A stretch of 64,000 nucleotides of DNA from Alphaproteobacteria bacterium (lineage in GTDB: Bacteria; Pseudomonadota; Alphaproteobacteria; JAAXGF01): positions 2,208,001 to 2,272,000 of the forward strand of contig CAUVXB020000002.1 of assembly GCA_963555825.3 (NCBI GenBank), given 5' to 3'. The notes beneath the pieces are model-generated. The model saw nothing but the letters and a program-made list of their open reading frames with translations. It was not told the origin of the DNA and ran no database searches. Positions 49,536 to 58,824 of this stretch are shown piece by piece. The translations under genes and the position numbers were made by a program. Position 1 is the stretch's first letter, and every line of letters starts with the position of its first letter.

Positions 49536-50243
49536 CTATTCGACCGTCGCCGACTCGGCGAACGCGCGCTTGAGCGCCTCGATATCGAAGTCGGGACGCG
49601 CGCAGGCATCCAGGATCACCTTCTCGCGCCGGGTCATGAGATCGACCGCCGCGGGCAGCGCGCGCGCCACGGCCTGAGGCACGACCACCGCGCCGTGGCG
49701 GTCGGCGTGGATGAGATCGCCGTGGCGCACGCTCATGCCGTAAACGTCGACCGCGCCGCCGAAATCGACGACGTGGACATGGGCGTGACTGGGGCCGACT
49801 TCGCCGGCCAGCAGTTGGAAACCGGGCGCCAGCATATCCAGATCGCGGATCGAGCCGTTGGTGACGCAGCCCAGGCAGCCGCGCGCCTTATGCACAGTGG
49901 TGTTGACCTCGCCCCACCAGGCGCCGAAGCCGGGACGCGGATCGATGTCCTGGATCACCATCACCGTCGGCCCCGGGCCTTGCGCTACGTATTCGTAGTA
50001 GGCGCCGCGCCGGGCGCGCATTTCATCGGCTGTGAGCGCGGACGGCGCGGCGGCGCGGATCGTCGCCGTGCGGGCATAGCCGACGATCGGCGGCAGCGCC
50101 GGATCGGCGCAAACCAATGGCTCGGTGGTGAAGCCCGTGGCGCGCCGCTCGGGCGCGACCAGTTCGAGCGCGTTGCAGATCGTCGGCGTGTCGACGGCCC
50201 CGAGCGCATCCCGCTCGTCCTGTGTCAACTCATTCCGGGTCAT
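49536..50243 (-). CDS. RraA / HMG aldolase family protein
   Basis: DTPTICNA, WWGEVN, VTNGSIRD, GDLIHADRHG. Confidence 0.88.
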   Translation of the reverse strand: MTRNELTQDERDALGAVDTPTICNALELVAPERRATGFTTEPLVCADPALPPIVGYARTATIRAAAPSALTADEMRARRGAYYEYVAQGPGPTVMVIQDIDPRPGFGAWWGEVNTTVHKARGCLGCVTNGSIRDLDMLAPGFQLLAGEVGPSHAHVHVVDFGGAVDVYGMSVRHGDLIHADRHGAVVVPQAVARALPAAVDLMTRREKVILDACARPDFDIEALKRAFAESATVE

Positions 50244-50398
50244 GGTGATCGTCTCCTCGTTCGGCGCCGCCCCCGCGCGGCACGATCACGAGCAGAACAT
50301 CGCCGCCCGGCAGCGTCAACGCCGGCGCAGGGGCGCTCGGCCGATCGCCTTCGAGGCGCGTCAGCGCCTCGTCGATCATCGATGGTTGGGGTGTTCGA

Positions 50399-50563
50399 CT
50401 AGACCAGCGCCCACATGGGCCAAGAGAAGCCGTATGCGAGCGCTTGCGGTGCGAGCGAGCTGAAGCTCCAATCGCTCCAAAATTCCATTGCAAAACGCGT
50501 CGTGAAGAAGAGCGAGACGAGCGTGTAGACGGTGCAAACGCCCAACTGGACTTTCACGAACAT
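50399..50563 (-). CDS. Small hydrophobic hypothetical protein (54 aa)
   Basis: RBS AAAGGAA; MFVKVQLGVCTVYTLVSLFFTTRFAMEFWSDWSFSSLAPQALAYGFSWPMWALV. Confidence 0.45.
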   Translation of the reverse strand: MFVKVQLGVCTVYTLVSLFFTTRFAMEFWSDWSFSSLAPQALAYGFSWPMWALV

Positions 50564-50831
50564 CTTCGTTCCTTTCGGTGGCCCCGCCGCCTGGCCGAGT
50601 GACCAGGCCGGAAGCTTTGCGTCCCACCTTCGCAGGTGGTTTGCCGGTTCGAGGAAACCAGGAAGTGCCCTCTCCCGTGCTCGGGGCCTTCCTCTAGAAT
50701 CACAACAAGCATACCGCGGATAAGCCGGCTGGTCAGTGACCGGCGTCACCTCCCGGGCGTTCAGCGGTAACCGGCTCCGCGGCGTCGCGATCGGCGCGAC
50801 ATTCACCGACAGCGCCACGTCGGGCGACGGC

Positions 50832-50945
50832 AAAAAAGGAGCCCGCCAAAGAATGGCGGGCCCGATGGGTGTGGGTAATATGGCTCAGCGCCCCGTTTTG
50901 CTGCGTATGCTGTGGGTTGCGTATTACGGCTCGGGGCGTTGCGCG
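50832..50945 (-). ncRNA. Candidate small RNA (~115 nt) ending in an intrinsic terminator
   Basis: TTACGC-17-TAATGT promoter (50980-50952), 5' stem CGCCCCG/CGGGGCG, terminator GGGCCCGCCA-TTCTT-TGGCGGGCTC-C-TTTTTT. Confidence 0.55.
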
Positions 50946-51068
50946 GAAAGAACATTAGCAGCGTCTTCGGCGCCGCGTAACTAGGGTTGATTCCTAGGTT
51001 TGCGGCGCATCGGTGATGTGCCGTATTGTGCCCGCCGGGCCGAACCATCGACAAGAGGAGACCGACCG

Positions 51069-52037
51069 ATGACCGTGATCGCCATACAGGGCGCGTCGGC
51101 CGCTGGCGACGTGCCGGGTCTCGAGGCGCTGGCCGGCGAGGCCGAGCTGCGTTTCGCGCCGGACACCGAAACACTGCGCCAGGCGCTCGACGGCGCCGAG
51201 GTATTGCTCGGCTGGACGTTCAACGCCGAAAACCTGCGCGAGGCCTGGGATTGCACCGGCGCACTGCGCTGGATCCACTGGGCGGGCGCCGGCGTCGACG
51301 CCCTGATGTTCGCCGATCTCGTGAAGAGCGACGTCGTGCTGACCAACACGCGCGGCGTCTACGACCGCGCCATGGCGGAATACGTGCTCGGCCTGATCAT
51401 CGCCTTCGCCAAGCGCTTCCCCGAATCGTTGACGGCGCAGGCCGAGCGCCGCTGGCAGCACAAGTTCAGCGAACGGATCGACGGCAAGCACGCGTTGATC
51501 GTCGGCGCCGGCAGCATCGGCCGCGAGATCGCGCGGCTGTTGCGCGCCGCCGGCATGACGGTCGCCGGCGTCGGCCGCTCGGCGCGCGCCGGCGACCCCG
51601 ACTTCGGCACCGTTCACGGCTACGACGATCTGAACGACGTGCTCGGCGCCGCCGATTACGTGATCGCCATCCTGCCGCTGACCGAGGCGACGCGCGACGC
51701 CTTCGGCGCCGCCCAGTTCGCCGCCATGAAGCCGACCGCGCGCTTAATCAACATGGGCCGCGGCCCATCGGTCGACGAGGCGGCGCTCAACGCGGCGCTC
51801 GAGGCGGGCGAGATCGCCGGCGCCGGGCTCGACGTCTTCGTCACCGAGCCGCTGCCCGCCGAAAGCCCGCTGTGGACGCGGCCCGACGTCATCGTCTCGC
51901 CGCACATGTCGGGCGACTATTATGGTTGGGACAGTGACGTCGCCGCGCTGTTCATCGACAACTTCCGCCGCTATCGCGCCGGCGAGCCGCTGCGCAACAT
52001 GATCGACAAGCAACACGGCTTCGCGGCCGCGGGCTAG
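51069..52037 (+). CDS. D-2-hydroxyacid dehydrogenase
   Basis: GAGVD, GAGSIG, INMGRG, LDVFVTEPLP, SPHMSG. Confidence 0.9.
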   Translation: MTVIAIQGASAAGDVPGLEALAGEAELRFAPDTETLRQALDGAEVLLGWTFNAENLREAWDCTGALRWIHWAGAGVDALMFADLVKSDVVLTNTRGVYDRAMAEYVLGLIIAFAKRFPESLTAQAERRWQHKFSERIDGKHALIVGAGSIGREIARLLRAAGMTVAGVGRSARAGDPDFGTVHGYDDLNDVLGAADYVIAILPLTEATRDAFGAAQFAAMKPTARLINMGRGPSVDEAALNAALEAGEIAGAGLDVFVTEPLPAESPLWTRPDVIVSPHMSGDYYGWDSDVAALFIDNFRRYRAGEPLRNMIDKQHGFAAAG

Positions 52038-52078
52038 CCCAGGCTCGTACCAAGGATCAGATCACGGGCGCGCCGACG

Positions 52079-52948
52079 TCATTCGCAGTCGGCGATGGTC
52101 AGGCCCTCGGGCAGCGCCGTGGTCACGCTGCCGCAGGCGGTGTCGAGCTGTGCCTGGGTCAGTCCCTTGGCGAGCCTGAAGCTGGCGCCCGAAAGATTCG
52201 CGCCGACCAGCTGCGCGCCGGCCAGGTTGGCCCTCTGCAGGCGCGCGTCCTTTAACGTCGCGTCCTGAAGGTTGGCGCCCGCGAGGTGCGCCCGCGCCAA
52301 ATTCGCGGCCCTCAGGTCGGCGCCCTTGAGCTGAGCGTCCTGCAGGTTCGCGCGTTCCAGATTGGCGCGCTCGAGGACGGCGTCGACCAGGGTGGCGCCG
52401 GTCAGATTGGCCCGCTTCAGCTTGGCGCGGTTGAAGTTGACGTTGCTGAGCAGGGCGCCCGTGAGGTTCGCCCGGCTGAGCTCGACATATTCAATGTTGG
52501 CGCCGGCGAGCTTGGCGCCGGTCAGATTGGCGCCATCCAGGTCGGCGCCGCTCAGGTCGGAACCGGTGAGCGCGGCGTCCATCAGAAGAGCCTTTTCCAG
52601 GTCGATCCAGCGCATGTCCGCCCGCGCCACGTCGGCGCTGCTCAGATCGGCCTTCTCGGCGTTCGCGCCGCTCAGGTTCGCGCCCGCGAGCTTGGCGCCG
52701 CGCAACGACGCTTTCTCCAAGATAGCGCTCCTGAGATCGGCCGCCTGCAGGTCGGCGCCGGCGAGATCGGCGTTCGCCAGATCCGCCCGGATCAGGTCGC
52801 AGCCGGTACAGGCGTTGTCGGCCGCGAGCCTCTCGACCGCCTTCTGGTCGAAGGCGTGGGCGGCGACGCCGAAGGCGAGGACCAGCCAGAGGGAGAGTGC
52901 CGCCGCGGCCGCCGCCGACCCGGCAAGATTGGAGTGGGAGGTTCGCAT
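52079..52948 (-). CDS. Exported pentapeptide-repeat protein
   Basis: Signal peptide, CTGC, long A(D/N)Lxx repeat array. Confidence 0.92.
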   Translation of the reverse strand: MRTSHSNLAGSAAAAAALSLWLVLAFGVAAHAFDQKAVERLAADNACTGCDLIRADLANADLAGADLQAADLRSAILEKASLRGAKLAGANLSGANAEKADLSSADVARADMRWIDLEKALLMDAALTGSDLSGADLDGANLTGAKLAGANIEYVELSRANLTGALLSNVNFNRAKLKRANLTGATLVDAVLERANLERANLQDAQLKGADLRAANLARAHLAGANLQDATLKDARLQRANLAGAQLVGANLSGASFRLAKGLTQAQLDTACGSVTTALPEGLTIADCE

Positions 52949-53026
52949 CGCGCCTCTCCTTCTCATTGATTGGTCTCGGATCACCAAACTGTCGCGTTCG
53001 GCGCCGAAAGGCAACAGGACATTGGT

Positions 53027-53569
53027 CTAGCCCGGATTTCTCACCAAGGACAGGCGCGTCATCGCGTCGGGCGGTCGCCGATCCGCCAGGAGAAGGCCGC
53101 GGCGCATAGCCCGGGCTACGCGCAAGGCCTTCGACGCCGCGCCCGCCCCGCCCGGCGCGACCCTTAAGGGCGGCGGATATCGGACGACAGGACGGCGTCA
53201 AAGCGCTTGCCCGATGCGCGAGTACTCACTTGCACGATGCCACGGTACGTAGGACGGCCTTGCGTGGTCGTCCGGCAAGGCGCCCGGCGCGCCGTGATGC
53301 TGGACGCATCACAAGCGCCGGGCAACGCCGCCGGCGGCCGCGCAAGGCCGCCCTGCGGGTCGCGTTTCGCGCCCCCTCGGGGCGTCGGGAACGCTCTGCG
53401 ATGCCAAGGCATCGCCGTCGCGCCCCTTCCTGCCGAGGAAACGGGAAACGCGATCCTACGTGCCGTCGAATCGTGCAAGGGAGTACTGGCATCGTGCCGC
53501 GCGCTTTTCCTAGCCTGTCGTCCGATATCCGCCGTGCCGCACCTATCCTTGGTGAGAAAGCCGGGCTAG
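53027..53569. mobile_element. MITE family A, copy 2, carrying a nested element
   Basis: Same TIRs and interior as 4001-4276; its CTAG supplies the stop of the adjacent hydrolase. Confidence 0.82.
53221..53487. mobile_element. MITE family B nested in MITE A
   Basis: TIR AGTACTCACTTGCACGATGCCACGGTACGTAGGA ... TCCTACGTGCCGTCGAATCGTGCAAGGGAGTACT; absent from copy 1. Confidence 0.78.
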
Positions 53570-54795
53570 CCTTGGTCGCGCAGGATCGAGGCGGCGGCGT
53601 CGCACAGCACCTGGCAGCCGAGCACGATATCGTCTTCGGCAGTATCCTCGCCGAAATCATGGCTGACGCCGCCGATCGAGGGCACGAAGAGCATGGCGCT
53701 GGGCAGCACCGCCGCCAGCACCTGGGCGTCGTGGCCGGCGCCCGACGGCATCGACATCCAGCCGCCCGGCAGTGCCGCTTGCGCCGCGTCGGTGAGGTGC
53801 GCCTGCAGCCGATCGTCCATCGGCACCGGCGCCGCGGGTGCGCCGCGCGCAGCGAGCGCGACGCCGACCGGGCCGCGCGCATTGGCCTCGGCGACCAGCT
53901 CGTGGGCCCTGGCCTCGAGGGCGTCGAGGCGGGCGTCGTCGTGGTCGCGGCACTGCAGGATCATCTCGGCGCGCCCCGGGATGATGCTCATGGCGCCCGG
54001 ATCGAGGGTGATGCGGCCGACCGTCCAGACGGTGAGCGGGCCGGCGATTTCGGCGAACGCGGCGTGCAGCCGGTTGGCGAAGTCGACCAGGGCGACGCCG
54101 GCGTCGCGGCGCTTGGGCATCGGCGTCGTGCCGGCATGGTTCTGCTGGCCGGCGAAGCTGACCTCGTAACCGCGGTTGCCGACGATGCCGGTGACCACGC
54201 CGATACGCTTGCCGGTGTCCTCGAGGATGGCGCCCTGTTCGATATGCGCCTCGAGATAGGCGACGTGGCGGTCGGCTTCGAGGCGGGCGAGTGGGCGGCC
54301 GTCGATGCCCGCCTCGGCGATCGCGTCGGCGAGACGGTGGCCGTCGCTGTTCACCGCGCTCGCGATCGCCTCGGCGTCGAGCATGCCGCAGAACGAGAGG
54401 CTGCCGAGGAAGCCGCAATACGTGCCTTCCTCGTCGATCAGCGAAATGCAGTCGACCGCGAGATGACGCGTCGCCGGGTCTTCGGCCAAGGCACGGGCGA
54501 TCTCGATGGCGTAGATTACGCCCATCGCGCCGTCGAGCCAGCCACCGCGCGGCTGGGTGTCGGAATGCGAGCCGATGACGAGCGCCTTGCCGGCGTTGCG
54601 CGAGCGGCCAAAGACGCTGCCGACGCCGTCGATCGCGGCGTCGAGGCCGGCCTCGGTCATGCGCTGGACGAGCCATTCGCGCGACGCCATGTCGACCGGC
54701 GACAGCGATGGCCGCACGACACCGGGACCCGTCGCGCCGAAAGTGCGGAGCGTCTTGAGATCGCCGATCAGGCGTTCGGCGTCGATCCTCGGCAT
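53566..54795 (-). CDS. M20 Zn-dependent amidohydrolase (allantoate amidohydrolase / N-carbamoylase family)
   Basis: GSHSDT, LDGAMGV, DEEG, EAHIEQG, NHAGTTPM, SGAGHDA. Confidence 0.9.
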   Translation of the reverse strand: MPRIDAERLIGDLKTLRTFGATGPGVVRPSLSPVDMASREWLVQRMTEAGLDAAIDGVGSVFGRSRNAGKALVIGSHSDTQPRGGWLDGAMGVIYAIEIARALAEDPATRHLAVDCISLIDEEGTYCGFLGSLSFCGMLDAEAIASAVNSDGHRLADAIAEAGIDGRPLARLEADRHVAYLEAHIEQGAILEDTGKRIGVVTGIVGNRGYEVSFAGQQNHAGTTPMPKRRDAGVALVDFANRLHAAFAEIAGPLTVWTVGRITLDPGAMSIIPGRAEMILQCRDHDDARLDALEARAHELVAEANARGPVGVALAARGAPAAPVPMDDRLQAHLTDAAQAALPGGWMSMPSGAGHDAQVLAAVLPSAMLFVPSIGGVSHDFGEDTAEDDIVLGCQVLCDAAASILRDQG

Positions 54796-54808
54796 CGCGC
54801 CGCGGCGC

Positions 54809-55594
54809 CTATTCCGCCGCGTCCGACTGGGCCTTGGCCTGCTGCTCGATGAAGATGCAGTAGAACTTGCGCACCGTCTCTGAGCTCTTCCAGCCGCACA
54901 CCGCGCCCATCGGCACGAACAGCGTGTCGCCGGCGCTGAAATGGTGTTCGACGCCTTCGCCGTCGGTCAGCGTGACCGAGCCTTCGAGCAGATGCATCAG
55001 CTCGTGGCGCGGGAACGGGCCGGGCGCGCGCTCGAACGGCGTCGACTGCCACAGGCCGACCGTCATCTGGCCGGTCATGTCGGTGAAGTAGCTATGGGCG
55101 TGCTGCACCGGCACGTCGCCGACGAAGCCGACCGAGGTGTCGACCTCGATCTCGGCGAGGCTGTCGCCGGGGCGCGGCCGAAGGACCTTGAGTGCCGAGG
55201 GATCCTCGGGCGCGAGACCCGAGGCGTCGTCGAAGATGACGTAGAATTTGCGGATGTACTCGGTCTGCTTCCAGGTCGATGGCATGCCCTTGGGCATGAT
55301 GAAGGCCTCGCCGGTGCGGATCGTTTCCTCGCTGCCGCCCTCGTCGACGATGGTGACCGCGCCCTCGAGCACGACCATGAACTCGTTGACACCGTAGGCG
55401 CCCGGTTTCTCGGTCATCGGCGTGCAGTCCCAGACGCCCGACGTCAGCCCGTTCTTGGCGTCGTCGAGGTAGACGAAGCCGCGCTGGACCGGCGTGCCTG
55501 TGGTCAGCGCCTCGGGCGGTATGGCGTCCCATTCGGTCATCCCGACGTCGGCCGGACCGTTCGGTTCCATGCGCATGATGCGTGGCTCTGACAT
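54809..55594 (-). CDS. Tandem cupin (DUF861-like) protein
   Basis: Two repeats of G(V/L)W...E(F/L)M..LEG.VT...RKFY.IF. Confidence 0.85.
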   Translation of the reverse strand: MSEPRIMRMEPNGPADVGMTEWDAIPPEALTTGTPVQRGFVYLDDAKNGLTSGVWDCTPMTEKPGAYGVNEFMVVLEGAVTIVDEGGSEETIRTGEAFIMPKGMPSTWKQTEYIRKFYVIFDDASGLAPEDPSALKVLRPRPGDSLAEIEVDTSVGFVGDVPVQHAHSYFTDMTGQMTVGLWQSTPFERAPGPFPRHELMHLLEGSVTLTDGEGVEHHFSAGDTLFVPMGAVCGWKSSETVRKFYCIFIEQQAKAQSDAAE

Positions 55595-55839
55595 TCGTCC
55601 ATCCTCCCCCAAATGTTTGGAAGCGTGGTTTGGCGAAACTATGCCCGACGCCGATTGGCGGCACAAGCGGCTAGGTTCCGCGCCGTCGTGAGCCGTTGCT
55701 CGAAGAACGAGATCTCGTCATCCATACGGGTGATGACGGGGCGCCGGGTACATGAAAACATGTTCCACGGCGACACCTGGGCCGAGCCTGCGCGGGATCG
55801 GTGCACCTGCATACGGGAGATCGTGGTGTGCGAATAGGC

Positions 55840-56226
55840 ATGAAAAGCTATGTCGACTATGTCATGACCGGCGCTATTGCGTCGCTGATGCTATTGGTCT
55901 CGGGCCATCCGGGGTTCAACAACGACGCCCATGCCGGCGAAGAAGACCTGTCGGTGACGGCGGCCGGCAAGACGGTCGTCGTCACGGCGGGCTACGGCAC
56001 GACCATCGCGCCCGGCGAGCCACCGTCGGAGCCGACTGCATTCAGCCGGGCTCGGCTCGATGAGATGTTGTCGCAACTTCTGCCGCCGCCGCCGCCGTCA
56101 TCCGAGGTACCGTCCTCGCTGAGCGAGGCGTTGAAAATCGCCGAGAACGACATCGCGATGGGCGCGCAGAGGACCGGATCAGCGCGCAAGCTCCAGGACG
56201 ACCGCGTGGAGGCGAGCGACCGGTAG
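55840..56226 (+). CDS. Hypothetical exported protein with a FecR-like segment
   Basis: Signal-like N-terminus, VTAAGKTVVVTAGYGTTIAPGEPPSEP. Confidence 0.45.
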   Translation: MKSYVDYVMTGAIASLMLLVSGHPGFNNDAHAGEEDLSVTAAGKTVVVTAGYGTTIAPGEPPSEPTAFSRARLDEMLSQLLPPPPPSSEVPSSLSEALKIAENDIAMGAQRTGSARKLQDDRVEASDR

Positions 56227-56358
56227 GACGATCATGTTTCCTGGTGCGGCGAAAGTCGTCCCGATGTCGTCTTCTGGATTAAGGCAGCCGCCGCCGTTTC
56301 CACCCGGTGGTTTTGATGTATCCAGTCCCCAGCCTTGGGCCGTTCACCGCCTTGCGAT

Positions 56359-56718
56359 TCAGGCGCTCAAGGGCCTGGCGAAGCTAATCTCATGGCCGTC
56401 CGGGTCGGTCAGGTGGAAGTAACGCTCGCCCCATTCGGCGTCGGCGGGCGTGGTGTCGGGGTCGAGCGCGCAGGCCACGGCGAGCCGGTACAGCGCGTCG
56501 ACGTCGGAGACGTAAAAGATCGCCCGTCCCCACCATGACCATTGGCGGCCCGCCGTTTCGGCTATCAGGTTGAGGTAGCCCGAGCCGGCCCGGAAGCTGG
56601 TGAAGGCTGCGTCCTCACCGCCGTGGATCATCTCGAATCCGAGTGTCCGGTAAAACCGTACCGCGCACGACATGTCATGGGTCTCCAGTGTAATGGCGCT
56701 GATGCACTCGATGGTCAT
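56359..56718 (-). CDS. VOC/glyoxalase family protein, copy 2
   Basis: 110/119 residues identical to 16939-17298 (counted by hand). Confidence 0.9.
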   Translation of the reverse strand: MTIECISAITLETHDMSCAVRFYRTLGFEMIHGGEDAAFTSFRAGSGYLNLIAETAGRQWSWWGRAIFYVSDVDALYRLAVACALDPDTTPADAEWGERYFHLTDPDGHEISFARPLSA

Positions 56719-56998
56719 GCGCCCATCGTAGCAAACTTGCCGTCGAGGTTCGATTGACGCTCGAGGCCACGCACGCTTCAAGGCGCAAAACGTGATCGGC
56801 AAGGCGATGCCGGCCGACGTCGCGATCGCGCGTCCCAACGCCTCCTCGCCGAGCGCCGCGGGTACATTCCGCCAAGGCTTCGGCCTTCGCCGACCGAAAG
56901 TCGGCTTCGGCAGACTGAAGGTCGGTGGGCAGCTTCGCTCTAATCTCGCTGCCGCTGACTTACTGGCGTAAGCCAGCCGAAGCTCGAAGAGCGATGGC

Positions 56999-57211
56999 TG
57001 GCGGTGGACGCAGTCTGGAGCGAACCCGTCTCCGGTGAAATTCCCTGATAACCCCCGATTTACAGGGAAATAATGCGAATTAACAGGGAATGCGCGCCAG
57101 CATGCGTTGAATTACCGCATGATGTCAGTCAGTTACGGGCAAATTCCCTAAACCTCGGAACAGGGAATTAAATTCGCATATCAGGGAATTTATTCGACGT
57201 ATCAGGGAATT
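56999..57211. repeat. Island-border motif with phased CAGGGAA repeats
   Basis: TGGCGGTGGACGCAGTCTGGAGCGAACCCGTCTC, then CAGGGAA at 57063, 57084, 57161, 57182, 57203 and inverted copies at 57041, 57144. Confidence 0.7.
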
Positions 57212-57595
57212 GCTGCAGGTTCAAATCCCGGGCACGCAACCACCGATACCGACATTTGATCGAAGTCCCAGTCTGATCCGTATCAACCCTTTGATTTACA
57301 AGAGCAATTTGTAAGTCCGCAGCCTGCCGTCTGCCAGAATATCTTTCTTACCGCGATTGCCGGCAACGATCCTGACTCGTAACCTCTCCAGTCTGCATAC
57401 ACTCGCCGCTCTCTCCCCCCTTCGGCTCGTAGTAGAGCGAGGAGGGCCCGATCGACAGCGCGCGGCATTGCCCATCCACCTGCTTGCCATAGCGTTACAT
57501 GTCGATGTATTCTAATTTGATCGACATGTTGAGGTGACATGTCGACGGAATCGACATGTTCGGAAAACGTGTCGACAGGAGCTGGATACATCGAC

Positions 57596-58681
57596 ATGAC
57601 CTTCGATCCCGGTCGTCCCTTCAATGACCTTCCGAACCTGCCACCGGCTTCGGAAACCGAGACAAAGGCCATTCTTCGCAGCTGCATTGCCGCGCGCGCG
57701 GCACTGGCAGAGCTCCGGGTCTCCGGGAAGCTCATCCCGAACCAGGCGATGCTGATCAACTCGATCCCCCTGCTCGAGGCTCAGGCGAGTTCCGAGATCG
57801 AAAACATCGTCACGACGACGGACCGACTGTTCCGCTATGCCAACGACGCGGCAGGTCAAGCGGACCCGGCCACCAAAGAGACTCTGCGCTACCGCTCCGC
57901 CTTGTACCGTGGTTTCGAGATGCTGAAGCGACGACCGGTTTCGACCGCCATGGCGGTCGAGGTCTGTCGAACGATCAAGGGTGTGGATTTGGATATTCGC
58001 AACACGCCGGGAACGGCGTTGATAAATGATGCAACCGACGAAGTCATCTACACACCGCCGGAGGGAGAGGACGTTCTCCGGAGCAAACTGGCCAATTGGG
58101 AGCGCTACATTCACGAGGTCGAGGAGATCGACCCACTGATCCGGCTTGCGGTCATGCATTATCAGTTCGAGGCGATCCATCCGTTTGTCGACGGAAACGG
58201 CCGGACCGGACGCGTGCTGAACTTGCTCTATCTCGTCGACAAGGGCCTGCTCGACATTCCCGTCCTCTATCTCAGTCGGCACATCATCCTGAACAAGGCG
58301 CAGTACTACCGGAATCTGCTTGAAGTGACGACCCGACAGGCCTGGGAGACGTGGATACTTTTCATTCTCGAGGCTGTCCAAACAACGGCCGAATGGACCT
58401 CTGCAAAGATCCATGCCATCCGGGAGCTTCTCGACGAAACGGCCGCTGCAATTCGACAGGGGATGCCGAAAATCTACTCCCGCGAACTGGCGGAACTGAT
58501 CTTCGTGAATCCCTACTGCCGGATCAGTGACGTGGTCGAAGCGGACATCGCCAAGCGCCAGACGGCCGCTGTCTATCTGAAAGCCCTCGCAGCCGAAGGC
58601 CTCCTCGAGGAAATCAAGGCGGGACGCGAGAATCTCTACATCAACCCGCCGCTCCTAGCACTCCTATCCGAGCGCGCGTGA
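57596..58681 (+). CDS. fic: Fic family protein adenylyltransferase (SoFic-like, C-terminal HTH)
   Basis: HPFVDGNGRTGR active site; SSEIEN inhibitory motif. Confidence 0.92.
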   Translation: MTFDPGRPFNDLPNLPPASETETKAILRSCIAARAALAELRVSGKLIPNQAMLINSIPLLEAQASSEIENIVTTTDRLFRYANDAAGQADPATKETLRYRSALYRGFEMLKRRPVSTAMAVEVCRTIKGVDLDIRNTPGTALINDATDEVIYTPPEGEDVLRSKLANWERYIHEVEEIDPLIRLAVMHYQFEAIHPFVDGNGRTGRVLNLLYLVDKGLLDIPVLYLSRHIILNKAQYYRNLLEVTTRQAWETWILFILEAVQTTAEWTSAKIHAIRELLDETAAAIRQGMPKIYSRELAELIFVNPYCRISDVVEADIAKRQTAAVYLKALAAEGLLEEIKAGRENLYINPPLLALLSERA

Positions 58682-58824
58682 CAATGCGCGACGTAGCAGT
58701 CTGAGCAACCCAGTCCTTCTCACCGGAGGCCGCGAAGAGCACCAAGCTCATACACCGCCGGCCGGGACACGATCGCGAGAGTATGCATGACTATCGAAAA
58801 CAAGACACAAATCACGACAAGGCC

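Noticed and set aside
52079-52948. Pentapeptide repeat protein as Qnr-type quinolone resistance
   Set aside because: It has a signal peptide and Cys pairs, so it is exported rather than a cytoplasmic gyrase protector
56999-57032. Complete tRNA on the minus strand
   Set aside because: Only a T-arm/CCA-like 3' portion; no D-arm or anticodon arm can be folded
57041-57211. CAGGGAA repeats as a CRISPR array or plasmid iterons
   Set aside because: Repeats are only 7-11 bp with a 21-bp period; no cas or rep gene nearby
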